A stretch of DNA of 64,000 nt from Selaginella moellendorffii. Its lineage: Eukaryota; Plantae; Lycopodiophyta. Position numbers and translations under genes: made by a program. Position 1 is the first letter of the stretch. Each line of letters opens with the position of its first letter. Where the stretch lies: NCBI RefSeq assembly GCF_000143415.4, contig NW_003314271.1, positions 1,842,806 to 1,906,805 on the forward strand, read 5' to 3'. Below, piece by piece: positions 36,558-50,448 of the stretch. The notes under the pieces are model-generated. The model did not search any database and had not been told where the DNA came from. It saw only the letters and a program-made list of their open reading frames with translations.

Positions 36558-37192
36558 ATACGCAAGATGAAGTATCTTGTATCATCTCTATCGATCGATC
36601 GCTATCGCAGCACAGTAAAAGGTGGCAGTATAGAAAAGAAAAACAAAGTCTAGCTTATAGTAAACGATCCAGGGTCCGTGAACTGGGAGCTCGCCAGGCA
36701 GCACTCATTTCAACAGCGACAGTTAGCAACGACCCCACAAAAACACCATCACTGTGGAGTGGGGTACTTTCTCTCGGATTTTAGGGCTATGTCAGCGTCG
36801 TACGGGCGCCCCCAGACAATCCGTACGCGACTATGTGTGCATGCACGCACGAACACCACGAAACGCATTCATCTCTGTGCGTTGTTTTTGTGTGCTTTTC
36901 TCGTTTCTACATTTATTTTGTGAACATTTCTGGATCCGTGTTGAATGAATCCATCCATTCCGCCGCTGCTGGCCGCGCTTCCGTCCGCTTTGTCTTTTAA
37001 TTCACAGATTTCTGGAGCTGGATGAAGAGTAGGGAAGAGAGGAAGCATCTTTTTTTGTGGCCTGGAGGAGCAATCGCTTTCCGGAACCTTGAATGTGTTC
37101 TTGGCTGATCGGGTGTCGTATGGATGGTCTACACTTAGCTACGCTCTACGAATTCTTACACACACAAGTATAGCAGCAGTGCTATGCCAACT

Positions 37193-37226
<34 letters not shown>

Positions 37227-38626
37227 GAAGAAGGCCCGGCTACAGGACATCTTATGAGTCGTATAATGGTACTCTCTCTGATAGGAAAAAGGAAAAAGAA
37301 ATAAATGAATTTATTATTAAGTTTTGTAACCATCCATTCATTCATTTGTTTGTGGGAAGAAGTTATCTAGAACAAGTTCTACTTGTTGGAATCCACGATT
37401 TGTCCAATCCAATAGTGTAGCTCGATTCTTTACTACTGGCGATTCCTAGTGTCCAACACTTTTTTTCCCTTATATTTTTTTATCGCGGGCGAACATCAAA
37501 GATCCGTCTTTCTTGTCTTGTCTCCTGGAGGCTGGAGCTGCGAGGACCTTTATCGGAAAAGAAAAGGACAGCCTTTTGTAAGTATATAGACAATTCTTGT
37601 GTCTTTAGAAGTAGTGCACACAGCTTTGGGTTGGACATTTCAACCAAAGCTTCACAGCTGTTGCGGTTTGATATCTTAGTAGTATTTTAGAATCCATTCA
37701 AAGCCTGCCAGATCGTTGTGAAGCTATACATGCTGGATAGAAAGGTGTGTTGCAGCAACTTGGAATTTGACACCTCCATGAAACCACAGCTCGTTTCCAT
37801 CCAATCCCTTGAAACTTCATGACGTTACTTATTCTAGTACATATATAAATATATATGTTCTGTTCTTGGTAGCTTCTTGTAAATTCACTGCTACTTTCTT
37901 GCATTTTATATATAGGTGTTTCTATCGAGAAATTTCTTGCTAGCAGATCAATGACCCATTCGATCTCCCCAACCAACAACAAAACAAAGCTAAAAAAGAG
38001 AGGAAAACTGAGGAGTCTGTACCTTCCAAGCTTGAGGACATTTGTGTTAGATCTTAAAGAAGTAGCACAGAAGAAGGGAAAGAAGAGTTGCCCGACTTTT
38101 TGGAAAGTTTCATGTCTCGCCGGTTGTCATATATTAATGACACTTCACAACACTTTGTTGGCTAGAAATGTTTTTTTTCCCATTGGATTGTTTGTTCATG
38201 CGAAGTGGACCCTGACTCTAGTTGGCTGCTAGCTAAGACGAAAGTATCATCATCACTGCTGGTCGAGAAGAAAATCTTTGGGAAATCGCCTACATAGTTC
38301 CTCATGGGCCCAAATATATTTCCTAGTTCTGCTTTCAAGCGAAACTCTTTATATATCTTCCAGCAATGAATTCTATGGGACATAAAATTAGCAGCTTGCC
38401 TTTCTATCTTGTTTTGAGACACGTAGCCGCACGAAAGAAAAGACGAGAGATTTCCAGCTGGATGAGATTGTCCACGCAAACTTTGTTCAAGCTGTATGGC
38501 TGCTAATTAGAGAGCATATCACAAGCTCTTGGCAAATGCAGCACGAAGAAAGAGCCTTCTTTCAGCTAGAATTTGTAATATAGCATTTTCTAAAGAGAAA
38601 GAATAAAGTCTCCACCACATTCCATA

Positions 38627-38650
38627 TTTTCAGGCATGCATGCCTGAAAA
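38627..38650. promoter_or_regulatory. Perfect 24-bp palindrome centred on an RY element
   Basis: TTTTCAGGCATGCATGCCTGAAAA. Confidence 0.45.
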
Positions 38651-41600
38651 ACTTTTGGAAAATAGAGAGGATCTAGCAGCAAGAGGAATACTCACGGCAA
38701 TAAAGAAGATCCAGCAGCAAAAGAGAGAATGAATATGAGATGAGAGAGAAAGGTAGATTAGAGTGTCATGCTTTTTAGTTGTGCACATGGATAAAAGCCT
38801 GTAATTGAAATATGAACCTTTGTAGCATTGTTATATGTCCTTGATCACCTTCCCTTCCCTCAAATATTAAATCTAGAAATTAAAATGGCAACCTGTACAA
38901 AATAGGTTGGCTGTTAGGGCTCTGGTTTTTACGCTTTTTTAACGGTTTAGATTCCAATTTTGGATGGTATTTGGAACATATAGAGTGGATCGAATCAAAA
39001 GCTCGAGGGGAAGGCATCTAGTCCCCTAGTTTGTGGCCTCCCGGCTAGTTTGATTACTTCCAAAACAGTGAACTCTATATCTTTCACATGATTTTGCCTA
39101 TTTTTTGCAAACCATATGTTAGCAACATTCCTAAACTACGTTAACCTCCAATGCATTCCATTTTCCCAAGAGCAACTTGGAGGCCAACTTGGCTTTGCTC
39201 CAGGCTTTTTCAATCTTAAGCTCTCTAATCCTGCTCTAGAGTGATGGCAATCAGTGAAAGGAGAATGCCAAGGGGAATCGTCAAGAGCATTGAAAACGTA
39301 GATGAGTTCTAAGAAATATTTTCATTTTCATTGATTTCCTTAAAATTGAAGGACTATAAACAATTCTAGGATTGCATGGCAATCTCATATAACTAGACTT
39401 TGCCATTATAAATGCTTAATAGTGAATATTTTTATTCTAGGAATTTTCTAGAATTTTAGTAATAAGAATACTATTCATCTTTAAATTTCAGTTTAAATTT
39501 CATTAAACACCTCTAATGAATTTAAAATATTTTAAGTTTAAATTCATATTACCATCAGAGAGGCTAGAAATTATAAGCTCAAATATATAGCGGTATGAGC
39601 TCAACACACGGCTAGTGTGCTTTAATGATACCAGGCATGATATGGATGATCTGTTGCGGGAGCCACTGTGTACTCACTAGTATGACTTTGTGTGGTCTTC
39701 GACAATAGTTTATATACCAGGGATAAGCTTGTCACCGTTCTACTTGTCCAATGCGAATGGGTATGAAGATGATTTTTCAAGATTTCTCATGAAAGTCTGA
39801 ATGTGTTGTTGCAGCAGACTTTGTTGATCAACACAAGTTTCCAAGGAGGAGGCTTCTGCATGAATAAGGCAATGTGTGATTGGAACCAATCTAGTTGCAA
39901 GCTTGGGGATTAGAAGCATGGACACATTCTGTTTTCTTTCCCTTAGGGAAAGAAAATTACCTGGTTCTCCAAGAGGCCAACGAGATCGAATTGCAGACAT
40001 AGCATGTGGAAAGCCAAGGCATCTTCCACCTGGCCAGCGTTGCATAAGAGGCAAAGTCGTAGATACATGGGAAGTCTTAGGCATTTCCCCATTGAACGGA
40101 GATAAGGGAGCTTCAATTTCAAGGAAAATGAGGAAAGAGTAGGTAAGCAATGCATCCTCTATTTCCCAAGTGGTCTTATGCTTCCAGATGTATTATTATA
40201 CCCCCCCAAATACATGTTAGACTGTTGACATGAAGGATGGTTGTGTAGTTGGAACTAGTGGTGGCTGTTCATAAGTACATCTCGTATTAATAATTTTACT
40301 TTGATCTAGCATTGCAAAACCTGATGCTATACTTCAAGGGTGAGGTATAGAGCTATATGCCTACACTGCAATGTATCAATCTCTTAATTCAGTGAAGAAT
40401 TTTCCGGATGGCTGGTACAGGCATATTTAAAGTGTGTATAAGAGGTATGTTATTTGGTTTTATTGAGTGTTACTTATATCCTTTGATTTTTTAGAGACTT
40501 AACTTTCCTCTAGCTTGTATGGGATGCAATTATTTTATCAATTGTTGATTCATGTATTAATTGGTGATAAAGTGTTGCAACACCACAAGACATAGTTACT
40601 GCTGTTCAAATACGGTAAAAAGAAACGGGTGAAGAAGTTGATGACTTTGAAGGTGGATATATCTAATGCCCCACATAACCTATTCTATTCTTGGTCTCAG
40701 CCTTGCTTGCACACACTCTTGCTTAATGTGGTCTTGGCCTTAAACTGCTACACTTCCACATCCTCTACTAACTGGCACTTAATCTCTCTTCCTAACTGAA
40801 AAGTCTTGCAAAGAATTGTATGCAATGTTTAGAGTTTTGACATAATTCTAAATCTAGGCTGTTGAAATCTCTCAATCTTTATTTTTTGCTTCTTGTTGCT
40901 TGTTAGTGCTTTTGCACAGTTTGCTACCTTGATCTAACGCCTCAAGCACCCAACACATTCAACACCTCAACTATCCCAAGTATTGCAATAGAGATTGCAA
41001 TCAGAAGGCTCATCCTCCTTCTCATCACTGGCCTCCTAGCTAGCAAATGCCATATGCAGGATCAAGAGGGATTTGATACCATGAAAGTGGAGAGATGTGG
41101 ACACAAATGAGGAGGAAAGAACTCTATATCACTATATATGAATGGGTATATATATATAGAACTACTGCCATGTGGGCATAACCACTACTATATCATCTCT
41201 CTACTATCTAACAATACCATTCATGATTGTTGTTTTGCCAAACTAAGGTGCTGGTGTCCACTCAAATTCAAATTACTTAAAACTCTGCAGAAAGCTATGT
41301 TTTCTTCTTCCAATCAATATGACAATATCCAAGACCATTCGTTTAAGTTCGGAGGTGCTCCAGTAAGCTTATTTGATCTAAGCACCTTCTTGATTAGTAG
41401 CTAGACCACCTTGGCTTCTACCATACATTTTTATTCTTTGAAATCCTTAGGAGTTTGAGACTTCACCAAGGCACTTCATTGTTAGCAATAACAAGAAAAA
41501 AGATTTGTGTTCAAAACTATAGCCTTCACAAATGAGGTGTACAGTACTTACGGCTGCTAACTTGTTCAGGAATCTCAACTATGGGATCTGGCAAACTTGA

Positions 41601-42682
41601 ACATCACATTCTAAGGGCGTTGTGGGCCAAAGTTTGACAGCTTTCGAATAAATCTTTTTGTACTAAACCTTTAAAACATGAGTTGGTGGCTATTTCTTCC
41701 AGTGAAATATTTTGATGATGTTTGCTGCATGGCCAGGTCGAGTATCATCTGCCACCTCCCTCATCTGCAAGAATCCAGTCCGCGGTCACTCCTGGATTCT
41801 ATGGCATTCCACAGCGATCATACAATTGGGGAAACAAGGGGGGGACTGGATTATGCAAAAGCCCATGGCTCTATGGACATCCCAAGTTTCCAGGGATTCT
41901 TCAAGGTTGTTTGACTCATGCTCCGTATCGATCTGGAATCCTATATTTCCTAGAGGTACCATGCCACGATCGATGCTTGGTGTTGTAAGGGATCGCAGCT
42001 GGATGTGAAGAGATGGCAGTGGAATCGTTCAACAGCTGCGTCGATCCGACGCTTCCCTGGGTGCGAGTGATAGTATGTGGATAAAAAAATTATAAAATAA
42101 ATTTAGAAAAATGAGATCGAGTTTTTAATTTAATTAGATTAACTGATCCATGGTGGTTAATGGTCCATTAATTGTTAATTATTACTGTTAGATGGTTATA
42201 GAATCTACCGAAATATTGGGATAAATAACATCAATATATTCCTATTTGGTCTGTATATAGAATAGCCAAGAAAAGAATTGCTTCAAGCCGCATTTGCTAG
42301 CACATTAATATAGCTATAAGATCAGGCATGGCCTTTCTTCTCTTTAACTTGTTTCCATGACTGGATGATCTGGTCTGGCTCAAACCAAGAAAATAGGCTC
42401 ACAACCATTGCTTTTCTATAGTATGTATGGTTCTTGTGATCTTTTTGTGTCTCTTATTCCCGCATTGAATTTTATGGTGGGACTTTAAATTTCAAGGGAG
42501 GCAATGAGTTCCAACTCCCTCTACGAGTGTTGATGGCTAATTTCACTTGTAAATGTCACGCAACTTTCCTCCTTTGGCACTACAAACCCATTCTCTGGCC
42601 TAGGAACCACTATCTCATCAGAGATAATCATTAAAATTAACTAATTGTGCTACCGAGCCCTAACCCTCCCGAGCTGGGAGGT

Positions 42683-44116
42683 ATGGCGCGCTCGAAGGCG
42701 CCCAGGGCATTTGTCCTGCGCAGGCATTTGCTGTGCGCAGCTGCGGCGATGGCGCTTCTCGTCGTGTGGGCAATGTGGATGAGCAAGGAAAATGAGGGGG
42801 CCGGGAGCGGCCACACGAGGTATCTGTACTGGGGATCCAGAATTGATTGCCCTGGTAAGATGTGTGAGGTCTGTGGAGGTCTGGGACACCAAGAATCCAG
42901 CCTACGCTGCGCTCTGGAGGAGGCGATTCATCTAAACAGGTAAGAATCCTCTCCCCTTCTAGATTTTCTAGATTTCTTAGTCCTTTGTGTGGATTTGCTC
43001 GCCAGGACATTTGTGCTTCCTTCGACGATCTGCATTGTTGGAAAGCACAACGATCGAATGCTTCCTGGGACGTCCTCCAGGTGAAGCTACGTTTTCAGTT
43101 TCTTGGAATTTCTATAAGCTGGACGTCTGCTTGATCCAGTTGGGACTCGAGAGAGTGTGCTGTGGAGGCTTTGTACGATTTGGATCTCATGTCCTCTACT
43201 GGAATTCGTGTCATCACGGACAGCTCCAGAGAATGGATCTCTTCACTACGAGCAGCGCGTAGCGTCGAGCATGCTCTGGTGAACGTTCATGGATTAACTC
43301 GTCAAGAGATCTCTCAAAGTCCACTACACTCGCATGCATTGATCATTAATCGGACAGCCAACTCGCTTGCATGGTAAGCTTTCTCCTGTTCTTAACCCTT
43401 CTTACAAGTTTTTTTTTTCCAGGTTTGTGGAATGCAAGGATAGGAAAAACCGCTCCGCCGTGATGCTCCCATACGCCTATCTTCCAACAATGGCCGCAAA
43501 GCAACTTCGTGAGGCTGCCGAAAAGGTCTTTACGTTTTGTTTTATATTTCTCTCTCGGAAAACTTAAGATAGATGGACTAAGTTTGCTTGCTTGTGGCGC
43601 ATCCAGATACAGCAACGTCTTGGGGACTATGATGCGATGCATGTCCGGAGAGGAGACGTGCTGAAGGTTAGAAAAGACGGGCAGGGGGAGAAAAAGACCA
43701 AGTTTCCACACCTAGACAGAGATACACAGCCAGAAGCAATTCTCCGGCGGATATCCGCCTGGGTATCACGGGGACGGACACTCTACGTTGCGTCCAACGA
43801 GAGAAAACCGGGCTACTTTGATCCATTGGGATCCAGGTACTTCGATTGGATTTTTGCTGAACTGTGGTCGTGATCTTTTCTTTCATTGCCCCCTCTTTTC
43901 TTTTGCAGATATAAGATTGCATCTTCATCTAATTTCAGTGACATCCTGGGCCCTGTTATTCATAACAATTACCAGCTTTTTATTGTAGATCGGCTGGTTC
44001 TCTCCGGCGCAAAAACGGTCATACAGACATTTAAAGAGAACCCCGGGGACCTTAGCCTGACAGACGACGAGAAGAAAGTCCTCAGGTGGCAAAAACCTGT
44101 CTATACGTTTGATTGA
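42683..44116 (+). CDS. Type II membrane putative fucosyltransferase-fold protein (At3g56750/At2g41150-like)
   Basis: N-terminal TM; YLYWGSRIDCPGK; GLGHQESSLRCALEEA; YDAMHVRRGD; LYVASNER; NNYQLFIVDRL. Confidence 0.85.
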
Positions 44117-44477
44117 GAAACGGCACGCAGCACAAGCAGAAGCTTTGTGCTTCCCAAAACCAGGTAGCGTATTGTTACGTCTTAATGCACTATAGTACCC
44201 GTACACATCTTTCCAGGTTTTAAAAGCATTGAACGGGGAACTTTAGCTCATGTTGCGGTAAGCATACTAACTTTTCGTGGTCCCAACTCCAGAGCTGAAA
44301 CGGCTTATTGGATGTATGTATGCATTGCGTGCATGGGATGTTAGTGCATACATGCCCATCGATGTGATGCATTAAAGCTTCGCCATCGTGCTTCTCGTGG
44401 TATGGACTATAAAGTCGCTGCTGTTTTGCTCGCGGCCTTTAAAAATCATTTTAAATTGATAAAACTTGTGTATATTT

Positions 44478-46343
44478 CTATACTTGATCTTCCAGGAGTG
44501 GTGCCGATAAACCCAGTCGATCTCTTGCTTGGAGCGCCTGCAACAGCAGGTAATCAGTTTAGGACAACTTTTTCTTCACTCACTCTTTTTTCCCAGTTTG
44601 TGCTGAAGGCAGCGACGAAAAACACGAGAGCTTGTACGAGAAATCCAAACAACGATCCGGAGAGCAGTCCCTGTGCACACAAGATGAAAAAGCTCCAAGC
44701 GTGAACAACTCATCGAACCTCTACTCGAAGATGAAAGACAAATCCCAGCACATACGATAAAGGCAACCCCACAACGTAATACGCTCCAATGTTTCCAAGT
44801 GCTGCTATGGATTGCCATCCACATCCGGAAGCGACTCCTGCAACAACAGGAAAGGAACTGAGTTTCGCCGTTATCCCACTGGGCATATGATACGAACCAT
44901 AACCAACGCTGTGGAGGGCTGAAAGGATGACGAAACCGCTCGCAAACGGTATCATCCTTCCAACGTAGGACACAACTTGGCTGTCGCTGCTAAAGGCGTG
45001 TCCCACGACGTTCCTGGAGAGCAGCAAAACCAGCATTGCCAAGGTTGCGTAGACTAAACAAATGAGCACTGCTACTCTGAAAGCAAAACGTGCTACGAGT
45101 GGGTTCCCAGCTCCGAGCTCGTTGGAAGTTCTCACGCTACATCGCAACAAAGGTTTAGAGGAAAAGACGTAAAACACTCAGACTTAAACTTGCCTCGTAG
45201 CAGCGCTTATCCCATACGAGGGGATCATCCAGAGGTTGATAATTCCCATCCTGTGACGTGAAACTCATGAAGTGAGAGCAAAACATCTGCGGAGACACTT
45301 ACACAATAGAGAGCACTGACGTCTGGAGCGCCGGATTCGGAAGAACACCGGAGAACAGAATGAGAACTTCGAAAGCCCACCACTCCAAGCTGCGGCCAAC
45401 ATTCCACATTGAGGCCAAGAAAGAATGGAGTTATCAAAAGAGCGAGACACTCACCAGACCATGAGAGCCGATGGAATTGCGAGCTTCAAGAACTGGGAGA
45501 TGCCATGGAAGGCCTCCGTGGTGAAACCATGCCAGTAATTGGCAAACGTTGGAGAAGCCGCAGCGGCAGTGACAAGAAAGAAGACAAGCAGCCAGTACGT
45601 GATACTGAGAGACACCGCGGCCCCGGCGTTTCCCATGCCGAGTTTATATGTGAAGATCCAACACAGGAGGATATGACAGAGTAGCGCCAAGATGGACGAC
45701 CAAAAGAGAGGAAGAACCCTGCTCTGCGTCTGGAAGAACTTCACCATGGGCTCAAAGACGGTGTAGGCAAACAGGCCTGGAACAAGACGTCTGGCATACC
45801 TCTGAGCTCCGGCGGAAATCTCCGGATCCTGGCGGCACCAGAGAAGCAAAGGCTCCAAGTTGATCCAGAGCAGCGACACTGGGATACAGATGAGAGCGAG
45901 AACGAGCACCGCTTGCTGGATGAAGACGCCGACCTTGTGATACTGCTTGGCTCCATGGGCTTGGCCGCACAGAGTGTCGAGAGCAAAGGCGAGGCCGATC
46001 TTTTCACATCAGGGAGAGAATTTTGTCAACGAACATGTGTAAGTTTTCTGTCCTTTTTTTTTTTTTCTTTTTTCAGATCTGAGCTTACCACGAGGCTGAA
46101 ACCCGAGACGTTGCAGAGAGAAGTGGCGATGGCGGCGCTGGAGAGCTCCAGAGTTCCGAGGTGACCGACGAACATGATGGAGACGAGCTGGACGGCGATG
46201 AGCACGACGTTGAATCCCGCCAGAGGGAAGATTATCCATGCCTGCTTGGCCGCCTCGCTTCGCACTCGATCCAAGGTGAAGTTATTGGCCTCCTTGGTCT
46301 CCTTTTGCTGCGCTTGGCGATCCTCGCCGCCCTTGGCGTCCAT
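44478..46343 (-). CDS. MATE/DTX transporter, 8 exons, one GC-AG intron
   Basis: [16 protein letters not shown]; [14 protein letters not shown]; LEWWAFE; [10 protein letters not shown]; GVASGCGWQ; last exon [19 protein letters not shown]. Confidence 0.93.
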
Positions 46344-46544
46344 CTAATCCCTCTGTCCTTCTGTGTGTGTGCTGTGAACTAGAAGACCGCAAGTGTATTG
46401 ATCGAGAGCGTCATGGCCATGCATTAATGGGTGTTAGCATGCCCATTCAAAAAGTAGTATTCATGCAATGCCTGGTCAAGATAGTTTAGGTGTTTTGTTA
46501 ACATAACAGTTCTCTACTCTATAATCCCAAGTGTTGAAACTTTA

Positions 46545-46790
46545 TATTTTATGATATTCTAGAATATTTTACCATTTAATGGTTGTTATTAATTTATATT
46601 AATCATGTATTTATAATTTATAAACATGTTTATAATTTAAAAACTTTCCTAAACATTTCCCAGTATATTCTTTTTATTCATGGCTAATTATGCAATAAAG
46701 TTAATCTTGATTTATAACTTATAAACTGTTTATAATTATTGATCAATTGGATTATTCAAAAATACTAATTAAGCAAACCAAAATTATTTT
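46545..46790 (-). repeat. Contiguous A+B ('empty') copy of the AT-rich repeat
   Basis: Reverse complement shows A joined directly to B at ...CATAATTAGCC|ATGAATAAAAAGAATAT. Confidence 0.75.
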
Positions 46791-47898
46791 AGGTTACTCA
46801 AAAAAGAATATAATACAATAGATGCAAATTCAATCACTCTTGGTCCCTCTAGTCTTCAGTCAGGAATTGGAATGGAATCTGATAGTGACGCAAATGTACA
46901 TAAATTCTCTAAATAACATTCCACTTGTATCCAGCTGGGGAGCATACGATTTTATTTTACTTTACTTCTCTCTATCTGCTTGTTTCCACTTCAATCTTCC
47001 TAGTTCCCTGTATTTCTTGTATTTGAATCCACCATTCTCATGCTTCTTAGACCATGTAAATAATATATAAATGAATGAATTTATTTAGAGACTCAGAGTG
47101 TATATTCAACCAAGGCGACCTTTGCCAACTTTCTACTGGTTTGGATGGTCAAACGCAGCTAAACGCATTTATCTAATCAATGCGACAGCACTACGTCGCA
47201 CGAACTGTTCGTCCTGGTGATCGTGTCGTCGAAGATCTCTCGAGCTCGAGCTGGACATCCACACTTGGCGAGAGCGAGTTTATGTTTTCTTACCAGTAAC
47301 CTGCGTACATCACTCCATCTGCATCATAGAAGCACGAACTCGAGGATTTTGAGCAGTGGAGATCCTCTAGTTATTGGGAAGAATAGAATCACCATGCAAA
47401 ACAGTCCCGCTTGTCCCGGCAGTCCTGCTATCTTCATCTTCCTGTGTGACATGGGAAATATGATTGAATTCAATCAAGGGTCTTACGATTGTGTTATACT
47501 TACATAAAGATTAGCTCTGTAAACTTTTTTCACTGTGTTTAGGCAATGCCACCAAAATAAAGTAGTTGATGCAAAGTGGATATGTTGCAGGATTCCTTTG
47601 GAAACGCTTGTTCACACATGAAGCAAACTTTAAATACTAAAACCTAGGATTTTTCTGGATGTTTTTGTGCTAGATGCGCACCAAAAATTTCTGCATTTGC
47701 TAGAGTTGCATGAGCCATTACTTGCCACCACCAAACAGGAAGCTTACAGAATTAAGTGCTATGCTTTCTTATTTTCAGTTCCTATTTACATTGGTAGTTA
47801 TGGTTTGACTTTGTATCCTGGCATATGCATCTCTTGCTATTGGAATGGAGAGGTTTCTAGTCCGGTGAGATTCCTGTTGACCAATCGCATTTTCAAGC

Positions 47899-50448
47899 CT
47901 ACAAGTCGAAATTCAGCGAATGATAATTGTAGGTCGCGTTCTCAGCAGTTTTTCTATACTCCTGGCATAACGCTGCAACGCCTTCCTGCATGCTCATGGG
48001 GCCGCAAGCAAACACTCCCACATTCATGTTAATGGTGCTCTTGGCAAGACCAGCAAATACACCTGGTAACAAAGAAAATAGATTAGATAAAAGCATGACG
48101 AAAACTTACTCGCAAAATCTGGACGATGTCCATAGTGAACGCTGACAGGCTTGAGGCTTTCTTCCGGAGATCCCACATTGGTCATTGTTGTGGGCGATGG
48201 CGTCCATTGCCTCTTCCTCCTGACGGAGTTTGCAACGTACGCAATGGCTGCTCCAGCAATTATAACACCAAAGAGTGACTCGAGAAAAGCTAGGAGTGCT
48301 CCAAGAGATCGATCAAAGTCCTTGTCCTTGGAAGTATAGTGACTGTAAATCCAGAAGCGGCCAATGATCCCGGCCAGGAACATAAACCCGAAGAAGGACG
48401 CGAAGATGACGGCCGCTTCGACGACGCCACTCCCAGCCAAAGGTGGAGAAATTGCTCGCAGCTGCTGAGCAGCATACCTTGTCACGGACTTTGGAGATGG
48501 CTCGGCGTGGATCAGCACTGGGCCGCCTTTTCTTATGCTCGGAGCTTTGAGCAGCTGGATCTCTTTCGGGCCGGCGTTGTTTTGCTCCAAGTCTGCTGCT
48601 TGCTCGCGGGTGACATACGCTTGGACTTCGATGTTGAGAGCGTGCGCAAACTCTGGGCAGATCAGAGCTGGAGTGATCGAGTTGAGGATATGGAGCTCGT
48701 CCGACGTCTTGACTGTGTAGACGAGGATGATATCTTTGGGTGGCGTGAGAGACTTTGCTTGGATGCTGTAGAGGATATCTTTGAGCATGGACAAGAATGG
48801 AGAGATGCCACTTCCTCCAGCAATGAAAACTAGTACCTGGTATCTGGAAGGATCAAGGCCAGCTTTTTTGTCAAAGTACTAAAACCATGAGAACTATTAC
48901 CTTGATATGTAGTCCAAGTTGTGGCCATAAGGACCTTCTATTCCAGCCTCAAGTTGCAGCGATCCTCCATTATCTTGGATCATGCTAATGATCTTTGAGG
49001 TCCAGTCTCCATTCTTTTTTATCAGTAGTGTAAGACGGTCGGTCTCGACGTTGGAGCTGGAAATAACCGTGAAAGGATGCCAGTCGAGTTTGGAGATGGC
49101 TGGCAAGTTGAGAAAAACGAAGCTAGCTGCGCTGTAATGTAGCTCTGCTCAAAATCATGACAGATTTTCTAGTTGGAATTCACATGACGAAAAGTTTAAA
49201 ACTATGAACTTACCTGGTTCCTTTGCAAACACGAGCTCAATGGTCTCAGAGCTCAGCACTCTTACTCCCATGACATCAACCTTTTGTCGAGATTGCACAA
49301 ATCTCAAGAGTCGATTTACGGCGAATAACATGACGCCACCCAGAACCATAGCGTAGAATCGATCTCCAAGGTGCAAGCCAAAAAAGAGGATGAACAGTAT
49401 GTATAGATGATGGGTGTAATAGAAAAGCTCAAAATTTGCCTTGCGAACCCAGCCGATAGAAGTCGCCCACATTACTAGTCCAATTATCAACGCAATGAGT
49501 CCAGACAAGCCACTTATCTCGTCGCTGTGCCAGGCCCAGAGCTGCGAAGAACACTAGTGAAAAAAGCTCTTTTTTCCGGAACACATACCTCGTGGATCTT
49601 TTTCTCGATTATCCAGTAGATTATGTACAACAGCCCATGAACAGTCCAAGCCACCAGCATGGTGATTCCAATCCAAATGTGGTATTTGACTGCGTGCTCA
49701 AAAGGAATGTTGAGAAGTCGGAGAAGTGTAGAGCCTCTAGTCACTGGGAAGAACAGGATTGCCATGCAAAAGAGACCAGCTAGACCCGCTTCCACTGCTG
49801 CTATCTCTAGCTTCTTGTGCCACCTGAGGTAAGCAAACATTACATCTTTGAGGAGAACAAAGAACCGTGGTCATGGTTACTTACAAGGGCTCACGAAGCT
49901 TGGCTCGATTTATTGAGTTCACCGATCGTATGTAGTAAGCCGTGAAGGTGTAGACGGTAAAGAGCACCAAAGCGCATAAGAAAAGGAAGTCCGCCGCTGA
50001 AACAATCGAAAGTGGTCCCCTGATGAATAGTGGGTATGTTTCTGGATTGCTCCTGAAGGCTCGTAAGCTGCTGTTCCTGCTCAGAACAGGCAAAAGTTCC
50101 TAAGAATTTGGAGGGAGAATATCTCGCGGATACAACTCACTTGATCTTGAAGGCCTGCTTTCTCTTGTGGTGATAAGCCAGAGCCGTTGCGATCCCCGCG
50201 AAAATGATCGGAGCGCAATATACCACGATCTGCGGTCCTGCAAGGGTCGTTAATGGTACCCATAGAAACTTTAGAAGCTGCTTACCATTGTAATATGCTT
50301 TGGTCCTTGTTTGAGCCTGCGCGGGGGTCCAAAACTTCTGATACGCGTCCAATGGTCTCATAAACCACAAGAACGTCCACAAAACCAGGACGACTATCGC
50401 AGAGAACTTGAGCACTGCTTTTGTTCCACCGTGCCTCGCGCTCTCCAT
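47899..50448 (-). CDS. FRO: Ferric reduction oxidase, copy A
   Basis: FFPVTRGS; FEHAVKYHIW; FELFYYTHHLY; WHPFT (FAD); EGPYG; GGSGISPF; VGVFACGP; HSLNFDL*. Confidence 0.95.

Noticed and set aside
39600-42060. Exon-like ORF scraps
   Set aside because: Probably decayed pseudogene or TE sequence, but no family could be assigned.
47100-47520. GC-richer island, possible ncRNA
   Set aside because: No recognisable RNA family motif or convincing ORF.
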